Source: Candidatus Marinacidobacterium sp.
GTDB taxonomy: Bacteria > Acidobacteriota > Vicinamibacteria > Marinacidobacterales > Marinacidobacteraceae
Direction of reading: 5' to 3'
Assembly (NCBI GenBank): GCA_965220965.1
Contig: OZ244852.1
Location: 2,592,001 to 2,656,000 of the forward strand
DNA: 64,000 nucleotides
Shown here: positions 27,397 to 37,065 of the stretch, piece by piece
Position numbering within the stretch: the stretch's first letter is position 1
Layout of the letters: each line of letters begins with the position of its first letter
Notes under the pieces: generated by a model
What the model saw: the letters and a program-made list of their open reading frames with translations, nothing else
Databases searched by the model: none
Told to the model about the DNA's origin: nothing
Translations under genes and position numbers: made by a program

Positions 27397-29412
27397 ATGC
27401 AGGCGTTCCGGCGAGTGCGGCGCGGGTGGGCCCACGGCGTCGCTGCGTGTGTGCTCTGGGCGGCCGCCAGCGCGGCGCAGTCGCCGGCGGACTCGACCGC
27501 GGAAACGGCGGAGGAGCCGGTCGCGCTGGACGCGGTCGCCGCCGCCTACCGGCACTTCGCCGAGGGGCGGATCGCGCAGATGGAGCGCGATCTCGAGAGC
27601 GCCCTCATGTCCTACCAGTTGGCCGCGCAGCTCGATTCCCGGGCGGCCGGGCCGCTGATCGCCCTCGCGGAGATCCGCTTCGGGGCGGGTGACTACGAAG
27701 CCGCCGAAACCGCCGCCGCCGAGGCGGTCGCCCGCGATCCGGAGGCCGGTCGCGCGCACCGGCTGCTTGGAGCGCTCCATTACCGGCGCGCCCGCTCCGG
27801 CGGGAACCGCGCCGATCTCGAGCAGGCGGTCGCCTCCTACGAAGAAGCCGTGCGGCTCGACCCGGACGATCTCGAGACCCGCTCGCGGCTTGCCCGGCTG
27901 CTCCAGCCGATGGGTCGGGTGGAGGAGGCCTCGGATCACCTCCGGGAGCTCGTCCGCCGCGCGCCGGACGCCTTCACCGAACTCCAGGAGCTGGCGGGCC
28001 TGCGCCTCGCCGCCGGGGACCGGGAGCAGGCCTTCGACTATCTGATTCAGTCCCTCCAGGTCGAGCCGCGGAACCCCGACGCCCGCAAGATGCTCGATGA
28101 CCTGCTCCGGGAAGCCATCCCGGGCCGGACCGGCGAGGAGGCGCTCGAGGCCGTCGCCGATCTCTACCGGGGGGCCGTCTCCGAGCATCCCGAGGATCCG
28201 GCGCTGCAGCTCTCGCTCGCCGACGCGCTCGCGCGGCTCGGGCGACTCGACGAGGCCGCGGAGACGTTCGAGGCGCTGGTCGCCGTCGAACCGCAGAGCG
28301 AGATCGCGCTCATGGGCCTCGCCATGGTGCGGCGCGAACAGAAGCGACTCGCGGACGCCGAAGAAGCGCTCACCCGGCTGGTGGATCTGAACAGCCGCAG
28401 CGTGCCCGGCCGCCTGGCGCTGGGAGGCGTGTTCGCCGCGCAGTGCGAGCACGAGCGCGCGGTGGATCAGTTCGAGTCGCTTATCGCGCTTCCGACCGAC
28501 GCCTACGGCGCCGGGCGTCGACGCGAAGTCCTGGGGCGGCTGGCGCAGTCGCTCGAGCAGCTCGGTCGACACGACGAGGCGCTCGCCACGCTGTCCGAAG
28601 CCGTCCGGATCGCCGGCGGGGATCCGGAGGCGTCGCTTCCGTTCCGGGTGGCCGAGGTCCAGAACCGGCTCGAAGCCGGCGATCCGCAGGAGGCGGCGCG
28701 CCGGATCGCCGAGCTGGTGGATGACGCCACCGGCGATCCGGGTCTTCTCGCGCTGCAGGCCAGGGTGCTCGCGGCCGCCGGGCAGCCGGACGCCGCGCTG
28801 GGAATCCTCCGCGGCCTCACGTCGCGCTTTCCGGACGTGGCGGGCGTCCGGTTTGCGGTGATCCGCCACCACACCGAGGCCGGCGACCTCCCCGCCGCCG
28901 AGGAGTTGACGCGCTCCTGGCTGGAAGAGAACCCCGATGACACCAGCTTCCGTTTCCAGTTGGCGGCTCTCCTCGAGCGCCAGGGACGGCTCGAAGAGGC
29001 CGAGACCGAGTTCCGGCGGGTCATCGAGGCGGTCCCCGATCACGACCTCGCGCTGAACTACCTGGGCTACATGCTGGCGGACGCCGGGCGGCGACTCGAC
29101 GAGTCCGAGGAACTCATCCGCCGGGCTGTCGAACAGGACCCCTGGAACGGGTCCTACCTGGACAGTCTGGGTTGGGTCCAGTTCCGGCAGGGCGAGATCG
29201 AACTCGCCGAGCCGAACCTGCTGCGGGCGCAGCGCTGCATGCCGCAAAACAGCGTGGTGCTGGACCATCTGGGCGACCTCTACCAGGCGAAGGGAAACGC
29301 GGCGGAGGCCGTCCGCTTCTGGCGCCTCGCGCTCGAGCACGACGAGGACGGCGAGCTCGAAGAGGCGCAGATCGTTCGCAAGATCGAGGAAGCCGGCCAC
29401 GAGCAGGATTGA
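27397..29412 (+). CDS. Tetratricopeptide repeat protein
   Basis: Signal peptide, many TPR-like helices, [11 protein letters not shown] and YLDSLGWV motifs typical of the TPR gene upstream of lolB-ispE. Confidence 0.9.
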   Translation: MQAFRRVRRGWAHGVAACVLWAAASAAQSPADSTAETAEEPVALDAVAAAYRHFAEGRIAQMERDLESALMSYQLAAQLDSRAAGPLIALAEIRFGAGDYEAAETAAAEAVARDPEAGRAHRLLGALHYRRARSGGNRADLEQAVASYEEAVRLDPDDLETRSRLARLLQPMGRVEEASDHLRELVRRAPDAFTELQELAGLRLAAGDREQAFDYLIQSLQVEPRNPDARKMLDDLLREAIPGRTGEEALEAVADLYRGAVSEHPEDPALQLSLADALARLGRLDEAAETFEALVAVEPQSEIALMGLAMVRREQKRLADAEEALTRLVDLNSRSVPGRLALGGVFAAQCEHERAVDQFESLIALPTDAYGAGRRREVLGRLAQSLEQLGRHDEALATLSEAVRIAGGDPEASLPFRVAEVQNRLEAGDPQEAARRIAELVDDATGDPGLLALQARVLAAAGQPDAALGILRGLTSRFPDVAGVRFAVIRHHTEAGDLPAAEELTRSWLEENPDDTSFRFQLAALLERQGRLEEAETEFRRVIEAVPDHDLALNYLGYMLADAGRRLDESEELIRRAVEQDPWNGSYLDSLGWVQFRQGEIELAEPNLLRAQRCMPQNSVVLDHLGDLYQAKGNAAEAVRFWRLALEHDEDGELEEAQIVRKIEEAGHEQD

Positions 29413-29485
29413 GCAATCCGGCGCTCTGCGCCGCGCTCCGGTCCCCGGAGAAACCGGCCCCGGCCGGCGGAAGCAGGCCGACGCG

Positions 29486-30364
29486 CTGTCCAACCCCCCG
29501 GGCTGGCGTACGCCGGCGAGGCGGCGACGCCTCTGCGCCGCGCTGTTCGTCGCGGTTTCCGTGGCGTCCTGTTCCAGCCGCTCGCCCCTCCCGGCTGGTG
29601 TCCCGCTCGGGGCGCCCCCGCTGACCGAAGCCGAGATCGAACGCTTCCTCACGGAGGCGGCGGCCGAAGCCCGGGCGGTGCGCCGCTACCAGGCGGTTCT
29701 CGGGGTCCGCGGCGACGGCCCGCGCGGACGGTTCTCGGGTCGCATGCTCGTGGTGTTCCAGCGCCCGGAGGATGGCTCGGACGCGGCGGCGGTGGCGTCC
29801 CTGCGCATGGAGGCGTTCGCTCCGGTCGGCGGGGCCCGCTGGACCCTGGTGGCGAGCCCGGGGCGGGCCAACGCGGTCGTCCCGTCGGAACGGGCCTTTG
29901 GCGAGGCCAGCGATCTCGCCGAGTTCACTCTCCCGCTCCTGGGCGTGCCGGTCGGGGTGGAACAGGTTGCGGCGCTGCTCGTCGGAACCGGAGTTCCGCT
30001 TCGCTCCGCCACCGCCGCGCGTCCGTCCGCGGATGGCGGCGCCGTCGTGCTCGATCAGGGGGAAATCCTCTGGTGGGATCACGGCGCCGATGCCGCCCAG
30101 CTTCGGCGGGTGGCGACGCCCGAATACGGCGCCGCCTACCCGGACGAGTGGCGCCGGGACGGCCGGCAGGTGCCGCGCCGCATCGAGGTCTTCTCCACCG
30201 AGGTGCGCGCGGAACTGACGGTCGAGGAACTGCGGGTGAACGCCGAGCTGCATCCGGAGAGCTTCGAGCTGCGGGCGCCGGCGGAGTTTCGCCGTCTCGG
30301 CGTTCGGGAACTGACCGGGGCGATGCGTCTGTCCGGGGACGGGGAGGCTTCTTCCCCGCGGTGA
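29486..30364 (+). CDS. Putative lipoprotein (LolB-like position)
   Basis: In-frame [18 protein letters not shown] signal/lipobox; lies between TPR and ispE; start uncertain (CTG 29486 proposed, first canonical start GTG 29561). Confidence 0.55.
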   Translation: MSNPPGWRTPARRRRLCAALFVAVSVASCSSRSPLPAGVPLGAPPLTEAEIERFLTEAAAEARAVRRYQAVLGVRGDGPRGRFSGRMLVVFQRPEDGSDAAAVASLRMEAFAPVGGARWTLVASPGRANAVVPSERAFGEASDLAEFTLPLLGVPVGVEQVAALLVGTGVPLRSATAARPSADGGAVVLDQGEILWWDHGADAAQLRRVATPEYGAAYPDEWRRDGRQVPRRIEVFSTEVRAELTVEELRVNAELHPESFELRAPAEFRRLGVRELTGAMRLSGDGEASSPR

Positions 30365-31413
30365 ACCCGCCTTCGGCGCAGCCCGGCCCGCGCCTCGTCG
30401 TCCGGACGCCGGCGAAGATCAACCTCGGTCTCGAGGTCTGGAACCGCCGGCCCGACGGGTACCACGATCTCCGCACGCTGATGGTGGCGGTGGACCTCTG
30501 GGACACGCTCCGGCTGGAGTCGGACCCGGGCGCGCCGCCGGGAGAGGTCGTCCTCTCCGGCCAGGGGCCGGCGATCCCGCTGGATGACCGCAATCTCGTC
30601 GTCCGGGCGGCCAACCTGCTGGGGCGGAGCTATCCCGGCCGGCTCCCCGGACTGCGGATCCACATCGAAAAGAGCATCCCGGTGGGTCGAGGTTTGGGGG
30701 GAGGCAGCTCCGACGCCGCCGCCGCGCTGCTCGCGCTCAACCGCCTGTTCGGGCTGGGGGCGTCGCGCCGCGAGCTCCACCGCCTGGCGGCCCGGATCGG
30801 CATGGATGCGCCGTTCTTTCTCTACGGCGGCGCCGCGGTCTGCGTGGGCCGGGGCGAGCAGGTGTTCCCGCTCGTTTCGGCGCCCACGCTGCCGCTCGTG
30901 CTGCTGCTTCCGGACTTCGCGGTCTCGACGCCGGAGGCCTACGAGGGACTCCAGCGGCGGGTGGCCGCGCCCTCCCGCGACCGGGGCGCCGCGCCATTCC
31001 CGGCAGTAACCGAACCCCGGTTGGGTGCTGCTAGCATCCGCCGTTCTTCCGGGCCCCTTCCGGAGGCGCGGCTCCAGGCCCCGGGAGTCCCTGCAAGATG
31101 GCTCCGGAACGATCTGGAAGACTCCAGCGCGATACCGGGGATCGCTTCCGATCCGTCCCCGGGGGGAGCAGTCCGGGCGATGCGTCGATCCCTCGAGCAG
31201 GCGGGCGCGCTCGCCTCGGCGATGTCCGGGAGCGGTTCCGCGGTGTTCGGGGTCTTTCCCGACGACCGGAGCGCGGAGGAGGCGGCCGGACGCCTGGGCG
31301 CTTCCCGGGAGCTTCCCGGTTGCCGGGCGGTCGCCACTCGCGTGATCTCGCGGCGGGAGCACCGCCAGGCGCTCGTCGGAGCGCCGGGCAATGGGGCGTG
31401 GCCGAGTGGCTAG
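30361..31413 (+). CDS. ispE: 4-diphosphocytidyl-2-C-methyl-D-erythritol kinase
   Basis: PAKINLGL, GYH, K.IPVGRGLGGGSSDAA, NDLE, MSGSGSAVFG. Confidence 0.95.
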   Translation: MNPPSAQPGPRLVVRTPAKINLGLEVWNRRPDGYHDLRTLMVAVDLWDTLRLESDPGAPPGEVVLSGQGPAIPLDDRNLVVRAANLLGRSYPGRLPGLRIHIEKSIPVGRGLGGGSSDAAAALLALNRLFGLGASRRELHRLAARIGMDAPFFLYGGAAVCVGRGEQVFPLVSAPTLPLVLLLPDFAVSTPEAYEGLQRRVAAPSRDRGAAPFPAVTEPRLGAASIRRSSGPLPEARLQAPGVPARWLRNDLEDSSAIPGIASDPSPGGAVRAMRRSLEQAGALASAMSGSGSAVFGVFPDDRSAEEAAGRLGASRELPGCRAVATRVISRREHRQALVGAPGNGAWPSG

Positions 31414-31463
31414 GCGCCGGGTTTTGGTTCCGGTCTACGAGGGTTCGAATCCTTCCGCCCCAG
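31392..31463 (+). tRNA. tRNA-Gln(TTG)
   Basis: Acceptor TGGGGCG/CGCCCCA, anticodon arm CCGGG-TTTTGGT-TCCGG, T-loop TTCGAAT; CCA not encoded; expected position between ispE and prs. Confidence 0.93.
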
Positions 31464-31530
31464 CGCCCGCCCTTCGCTGGATTTCCCGTTCGCCCGCTCC
31501 GGTCCGGCCGGGGCCCCGTCCTTTCGGCTC

Positions 31531-32508
31531 ATGGCTAACCTGAAAAACACCGGCCCCCAGGGATTCCGCGGCAACCTCCTGCTGTTCTCCGGCTCCTCGA
31601 ACCCGGACCTCGCGGCCGCCATCGCCGGTCATCTCGGCCTGGAGCTCTCGCGCGTCCGACGCGACCGGTTTCGCGACGGTGAGGTTCGCCTCCAGATCCA
31701 GACGAACGTTCGCGGGGCGGATGTCTTCACGATCCAGTCCACCTGTCCGCCGGTCAACGAAAACCTGATGGAGCTGCTCCTCATGGTGGACGCGCTGAAG
31801 CGCGCCTCGGCGGCGCGCATCAACGCGGTCATTCCGTACTACGGCTACGGGCGCCAGGACCGGAAGGACCGTCCCCGGGTCCCGATCTCGGCGAAACTGG
31901 TCGCCGACCTGCTGTCGGTCGCCGGAGTCCACCGGGTGATCACCATGGAGCTGCATGCCGGTCAGATCCAGGGGTACTTCGATATCCCGGTGGACCATCT
32001 CTACGCGACGCCGGTGATGCTGGATTACCTGGCGGACAGCGGCCTGGACCGGCTGATCCTGGTCTCGCCCGACGCCGGAGGCGTGGAGCGGGCCCGCCTG
32101 TTCGGAAAGAAGCTCGGGGTGGGGATCGCCGTCATGGACAAGCGGCGCGGCGCCGATAACGAAGTCGAAACGATGCACGTAGTCGGCGACGTCCGGGGCC
32201 GGACGGCCGTCATCGTGGACGACATCGTGGACTCCGCCGGCACCCTGATCCGCGCCGCCGGCGCGCTTCGAGAGGCCGGCGCCCGGCGTGTTCTGGCGAT
32301 CTGCACCCACGCGGTCCTGTCCGGCCCGGCGGTCGAGCGCATCCAGAACGGACCGGTGGAGCGCCTCATCGTGGGCGACACGATCCCGCTCGCGCCCGAA
32401 ACGGCCGCCGCCGCCGACAAGATCCAGGTTCTCTCGGTCGCGTCGCTGTTCGCCCGCGCCATCGAGTCGGTCCACGGCGAGACCAGCGTCAGCTCGCTGT
32501 TCGTCTGA
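31531..32508 (+). CDS. prs: Ribose-phosphate pyrophosphokinase
   Basis: PYYGYGRQDRK, VSPDAGGVERA, VDDIVDSAGT. Confidence 0.97.
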   Translation: MANLKNTGPQGFRGNLLLFSGSSNPDLAAAIAGHLGLELSRVRRDRFRDGEVRLQIQTNVRGADVFTIQSTCPPVNENLMELLLMVDALKRASAARINAVIPYYGYGRQDRKDRPRVPISAKLVADLLSVAGVHRVITMELHAGQIQGYFDIPVDHLYATPVMLDYLADSGLDRLILVSPDAGGVERARLFGKKLGVGIAVMDKRRGADNEVETMHVVGDVRGRTAVIVDDIVDSAGTLIRAAGALREAGARRVLAICTHAVLSGPAVERIQNGPVERLIVGDTIPLAPETAAAADKIQVLSVASLFARAIESVHGETSVSSLFV

Positions 32509-32537
32509 TCGACCCGCGGGCCGAACGCGGATCGGAC

Positions 32538-32546
32538 TGCTAGAAT
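32538..32546 (+). promoter_or_regulatory. Extended -10 promoter upstream of rplY
   Basis: TGcTAGAAT in the prs-rplY intergenic region. Confidence 0.55.
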
Positions 32547-32748
32547 CCGCCGCCCCGTTCGGGTGGACCCCGCTCCTCCCGCTTCGGGACCGGTCGGCGC
32601 CGAGCTTCGTCACGGAGCGCGCGCCGTTCTGCGCGAGACGCCCTCAGGCGCGGCGCGCTCCTCCCCGGGTCGCCGGGAGTCTGCGAGCCCGGATTCCGCC
32701 GGCGCGCCGTTCTCCTGGCTTCGTTCGTCCCCATCCCCTCCAAGCCCC

Positions 32749-33378
32749 ATGCCCCAGGTCACCGTCTCCGCCACCGCGCGCACCGCCGTCGGCAAGGGGG
32801 CGAACCGCCGCCTTCGCGCTTCCGGCCAGATCCCCGCCGTCGTCTACGGCGGGGAGGCCGGGTCCAGAAGCCTCTCGCTCTCGCCCCGGACCATCACCGA
32901 AATCCTCCGCTCGCCCCGCGGCGAGAACACCATCTTCTCGCTCGAGATCGCGGGCGAGACGACGGCGGAGCAGGTGATGATCCATGACTACCAGCTCCAC
33001 CCCCTCGACCACTCGGTGCTCCATGCGGACCTGATGCGGGTCGATCCCGAGAAGGAATCCCACTGGCACGTTCCGGTGCATCTCACCGGGGATTCGGTCG
33101 GCGTCAAGCGCGGCGGCCGGCTCGACTTCGTCACCCGAACGCTGACTGTCATCTGCAAGCCCCTCGACATCCCGGAACACCTCAGCGTGGACATCAGCGC
33201 GCTGGATTACGGCGACACCGTGCGGGCTTCGGCCATTGAGCTCCCCGACGACCTCGAGCTCCACACCGAGTCCGAAGTCGTGGTGGTCCACGTCTCGCCG
33301 CCCAAGCGGACCGAGGAAGAGACGACCGAGGAAGGCGCCGAGGAAACCGATGAGGAGCCGGAGGAGCAGACCGAGTAG
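32749..33378 (+). CDS. rplY: 50S ribosomal protein bL25/Ctc
   Basis: GKGANRRLR..G.IPAVVYG, HAD, GVKRGG, acidic tail. Confidence 0.95.
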   Translation: MPQVTVSATARTAVGKGANRRLRASGQIPAVVYGGEAGSRSLSLSPRTITEILRSPRGENTIFSLEIAGETTAEQVMIHDYQLHPLDHSVLHADLMRVDPEKESHWHVPVHLTGDSVGVKRGGRLDFVTRTLTVICKPLDIPEHLSVDISALDYGDTVRASAIELPDDLELHTESEVVVVHVSPPKRTEEETTEEGAEETDEEPEEQTE

Positions 33379-33408
33379 CCCGGTCATGGCCCGTGGTTTC
33401 TGATCCCC

Positions 33409-34074
33409 GTGCGAAGCGGTTCCGCCGAGACGCCACCCCCGCAGCGGGACTCCTGTGACCCCACGCCGGAACCTGGAGAGGCGTCGATTCGCGTCGTGAT
33501 CGGCCTCGGAAACCCGGGACCTCGCTACGACGGGACCCGGCACAACATCGGATTCGACGCGGTGGCCGGTCTGCTCGAGGGCCGCGCCAGCCGGCGGCGC
33601 CACTTTGACGGCGGAGTGCTGACCGAGGTGGAGATTCATGGGCGCGCGGTCTCGCTCTTCTTTCCGACGAGCTACATGAACCGCAGCGGAGGGCCGGTGC
33701 GCCATCTGCTCCGTTCGGAAGCGGCGCCGCCCGAAGCCGCGCTGGTCGTGTGTGACGACATGGCGCTGCCGCTCGGTTCGATCCGGACCCGTCGGCGCGG
33801 CAGCGATGGCGGCCACAACGGACTGGCGTCCGTCATTGCGGCCCTCGCGACGAACGAGGTTCCCCGCATGCGGCTCGGCGTGGGCGCTCCGCCTTCGGGC
33901 GCCGACCCGGCCGACTTCGTTCTGGACCGGTTTTCCGCCGCCGAAGCCGAACCGGTGGCGGAGCTCGTTTCCCGCGCGGTGCAGGCCATCGAGTGCGCGA
34001 TCGGAGACGGGATCGACGTCGCGATGAATCGGTTCAACCGGACGCCCGCGGGCGCCGGGGCGAGCGTCGCATGA
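33409..34074 (+). CDS. pth: Peptidyl-tRNA hydrolase
   Basis: GLGNPG..Y..TRHNIGF, YMN.SG, GGHNGL; start uncertain. Confidence 0.95.
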   Translation: MRSGSAETPPPQRDSCDPTPEPGEASIRVVIGLGNPGPRYDGTRHNIGFDAVAGLLEGRASRRRHFDGGVLTEVEIHGRAVSLFFPTSYMNRSGGPVRHLLRSEAAPPEAALVVCDDMALPLGSIRTRRRGSDGGHNGLASVIAALATNEVPRMRLGVGAPPSGADPADFVLDRFSAAEAEPVAELVSRAVQAIECAIGDGIDVAMNRFNRTPAGAGASVA

Positions 34075-34138
34075 CCGGCGCCACTGTTCGCCGGCCCCCT
34101 GGGCGTCCGGCCGCGCCACGCGCAGGAGACAGCCTTCC

Positions 34139-34681
34139 ATGAGTGGCTACGAGTTCATGTTCATCCTCGATCCAACGCTGGATGACGCGGCGTCCCTCGC
34201 GGTCGTGGACCGGGTCGAGACGATCGTCAAGGGGCAGGGGGGCGAGATCGTCAGCCTCAAGCCGTGGGAGCGGCGGCGGCTCGCCTATCCGATCGGCGGG
34301 CACAACGAAGGCCTCTACATGCTCTGCTATTTCGATGCGCCTCCGACTGCGATCACCGGGATCCAGAGCCGCGTCCGGCTGACGGAAGGCGTGCTCCGGT
34401 TCCTGGTTCTGCGCACGGATCAGGAAACGCGTGAACGCGATCAGGCTGCGGATGATCGCCGGCGGCAGGAGCGCGCGGCCCGCGCCGCCGCCGAAGCGGC
34501 GGCGGCCGCAGAGGCCGGCGATGCTCCGGCGCCTGCCGGAGATGCTGCTGCGCCAGCGGCGGCGACCAAGGAGGCCGCCGCTCCGGCGCCGGCGACTGAA
34601 GACGCCGCTGCCCCGGCGGCCGCGACCGAAGAGCCGAAGGCTGGCGACGCCGCGTCTGGCGCCGCCGAGGAGTCCCCATGA
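34139..34681 (+). CDS. rpsF: 30S ribosomal protein bS6 with long Ala/Pro/Glu tail
   Basis: YEFMFILDP, W.RRRLAYPI, VLRFL. Confidence 0.95.
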   Translation: MSGYEFMFILDPTLDDAASLAVVDRVETIVKGQGGEIVSLKPWERRRLAYPIGGHNEGLYMLCYFDAPPTAITGIQSRVRLTEGVLRFLVLRTDQETRERDQAADDRRRQERAARAAAEAAAAAEAGDAPAPAGDAAAPAAATKEAAAPAPATEDAAAPAAATEEPKAGDAASGAAEESP

Positions 34682-34923
34682 GCGAGACCCCACCCACCCC
34701 CCGTCGACGCCGCCGTTCCGGTGGACGTCGCGTCAGGATCAACCCGCTGCTGAACGGCGTGGACCGCGTGGACTGGAAGGATGTGGACTTCCTTCGCGAG
34801 TTCCTGGGGGATCGCGCCCGCATCTCCCCGCGGCGGGTTTCGCGCGCCCGGGCGCGCACCCAGCGTCAGATCCGCATCGCGATCAAGCGGGCCCGGATGA
34901 TGGCGCTCCTGCCGTACGAGTAG
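34678..34923 (+). CDS. rpsR: 30S ribosomal protein bS18 (no Zn-binding cysteines)
   Basis: VDWKDVDFL, QR.IRIAIKRARMMALLPY. Confidence 0.95.
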   Translation: MSETPPTPRRRRRSGGRRVRINPLLNGVDRVDWKDVDFLREFLGDRARISPRRVSRARARTQRQIRIAIKRARMMALLPYE

Positions 34924-34932
34924 GCTCGGACG

Positions 34933-35472
34933 ATGCGCCTGTTGCTCAAGGAGCCGGTCGAGTCCCTGGGGGACCCCGGAGACGAGGTGAACGTGCGGGC
35001 CGGCTATGCCCGCAACTACCTGCTTCCTCGCCGGATCGCCGTTCCGATCACCGAGGAGAACCGGCGCGAGGTCGCGTCCGCCCGACAGGAGTGGGCGGTG
35101 CGCCGGGTCCAGGAGCACGAAGCGGCGAAGGCGCTCCGGGACGCGCTCGAAGGGACGACGCTCCGCTTCGAGCGCCGCGTGAAGACCGACTCCGAGGAAC
35201 TCTATGGATCGGTGTCGGTTCAGGACATCTCGCGACACCTTGCCGAAGCCGGCTTCGAGATCGCCCGCCATCGCATCGTGATGGGGGGGCCGATCAAGCA
35301 GGTTGGCGAGACCACCGTGTCCCTGCGGCTTCACCCCGAAGTCCACTTCGACCTCCCGGTCGAGGTCCTTCCGGTCGCCGCCGGCACGCTGGGCGTGGAC
35401 CCGGTCCCGTCGGTTCCGGAGCCGGACGCGGACGCCGCCGATCCGGAACCTTCCGATCCGGACGCCGACTAG
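34933..35472 (+). CDS. rplI: 50S ribosomal protein bL9
   Basis: LG..GD.V.V..GYARNYLLP, LYGSVS, LHPEV. Confidence 0.95.
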   Translation: MRLLLKEPVESLGDPGDEVNVRAGYARNYLLPRRIAVPITEENRREVASARQEWAVRRVQEHEAAKALRDALEGTTLRFERRVKTDSEELYGSVSVQDISRHLAEAGFEIARHRIVMGGPIKQVGETTVSLRLHPEVHFDLPVEVLPVAAGTLGVDPVPSVPEPDADAADPEPSDPDAD

Positions 35473-35579
35473 CCGCTGAGCCCCCGGTGGCCTTCGTGGC
35501 GCGTCGCCGGGAACGACAGAGGCCAGCGGCCCGGGCGCTCGCGCCGGCGGGCCGTTCTCGCCCGGGGCGGATCGGGTAG

Positions 35580-37061
35580 ATGGCTGCGGCGCCCGAAGAC
35601 GCGCCCCGTCTCCCGCACGACGAGGCCGCCGAGCGGGCGGTGCTTGCGGCCGTCGTGGTGGACGCCTCGCAGCTCGACGGCGTCCGCGAGATCGTCACGC
35701 CGGAGGACTTTTTCGACGCCCGCCACCGGCGCATCTTCCAGGCGCTTTGTGAACTGGACGACCGGGGAAACGGCCACATCGACCTCGTGACGCTGGGGTC
35801 CCATCTTCAGGAAGAGGGGCTCGAGGCCGCCGGCGGGCCGGCCTATCTCGTCGAAATCTTCGAGGGAACGGCGCGCTCCGCGAACGCCGCGGGGTACGCC
35901 CGGGTGGTGCGGGAGCGCGCCGACAGCCGAAGGCTCTACCGGATGGCTCGCGGCCTCGCCCACGAGGCGCTGCGCGAAGAGCCGGGCCCCCTCATCGCCA
36001 GGACGGAGACGAAGCTCCTCGAGATTGCCGAGCGCTCGCTCGGGGCGGGCCCGACGCCGATCACTGAAGAGCTGGGCAAGGTTGTCGAGGAGGCGTCCAG
36101 GGAGCGCAAGGGTTTCCCCGGCATCAGGACGAAGCTGCTGGACCTGGACGAACTCATGGGCGGCCTCCGGAAATCGGACCTGATCCTGGTGGGCGCCCGG
36201 CCGGGGGAGGGAAAGACGAGCCTCGCGCTGAACATCGCCCTCTCCGCCGCCGAAGACGGGTACTCGGTTCTCTTCTTCAGCCTCGAGATGCCGCTCCGCC
36301 AGATCGTCACGCGGCTCCTCTTCTCCCGGGCGCGGGTGGATCCCCGCCCGCTGAACCGCCCGGGACGGATGAGCGAACGCGACATCGAGAGTCTCCGCCG
36401 GACCGTGCGCGACTTCGACCGGATGAAGATCCACGTTGACGACTCGGACGTGAGCCCGGTGGACCTGCGCTCGCGGGCCCGTCAGCTCAAGCGCGAGGAA
36501 CACGGCCTCGACCTGGTGATCGTGGACTACATCCAGCTCATGCGCGCCACCGAAAAGGGCGAAAGGCGCCGGGACAACCGCAACCTCGAGATCGGCGACA
36601 TCAGCCGGGCGCTGAAGCTGCTCGCCAAGGAGCTCGATGTTCCGGTGCTCGCCCTGTCCCAGTTGAGCCGGGCGCCCGAAACCCGAGAGGCCGCTTTCGC
36701 CAAACCGCAACTGAGCGATCTGCGCGAGTCCGGCTCGCTCGAGCAGGACGCCGACATCGTGCTCCTGATCCACAACCCTCACCGACGGAAGCCGAAGGAG
36801 GGATCCGGCCCCGACGACCTGCCGGAGCCGCTCGTTCCGCCAACCCGACAGATCATCGTGGCGAAGAACCGCAACGGACAGACCGGAGAGGCCAAACTGG
36901 CCTGGCTCGGCCGGTTCACCCGCTTCGAGAACATCCAGGCGGACGGCTTCGAAGCGGATGACGATCAGTACCGTCCCGACGAGCAAGTCGCCTTCGGATC
37001 CGATTCGGGGCTGGAAGCACTCCCGCCGCTCACCGACGACGGGGAAGACGCCGGGTTCTGA
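35580..37061 (+). CDS. dnaB: Replicative DNA helicase
   Basis: PH..AE.AVL, GARPGEGKT, FSLEM, VDYIQL, LSQLSR, DLRESGSLEQDAD, KNRNG. Confidence 0.96.
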   Translation: MAAAPEDAPRLPHDEAAERAVLAAVVVDASQLDGVREIVTPEDFFDARHRRIFQALCELDDRGNGHIDLVTLGSHLQEEGLEAAGGPAYLVEIFEGTARSANAAGYARVVRERADSRRLYRMARGLAHEALREEPGPLIARTETKLLEIAERSLGAGPTPITEELGKVVEEASRERKGFPGIRTKLLDLDELMGGLRKSDLILVGARPGEGKTSLALNIALSAAEDGYSVLFFSLEMPLRQIVTRLLFSRARVDPRPLNRPGRMSERDIESLRRTVRDFDRMKIHVDDSDVSPVDLRSRARQLKREEHGLDLVIVDYIQLMRATEKGERRRDNRNLEIGDISRALKLLAKELDVPVLALSQLSRAPETREAAFAKPQLSDLRESGSLEQDADIVLLIHNPHRRKPKEGSGPDDLPEPLVPPTRQIIVAKNRNGQTGEAKLAWLGRFTRFENIQADGFEADDDQYRPDEQVAFGSDSGLEALPPLTDDGEDAGF

Positions 37062-37065
37062 CCGC

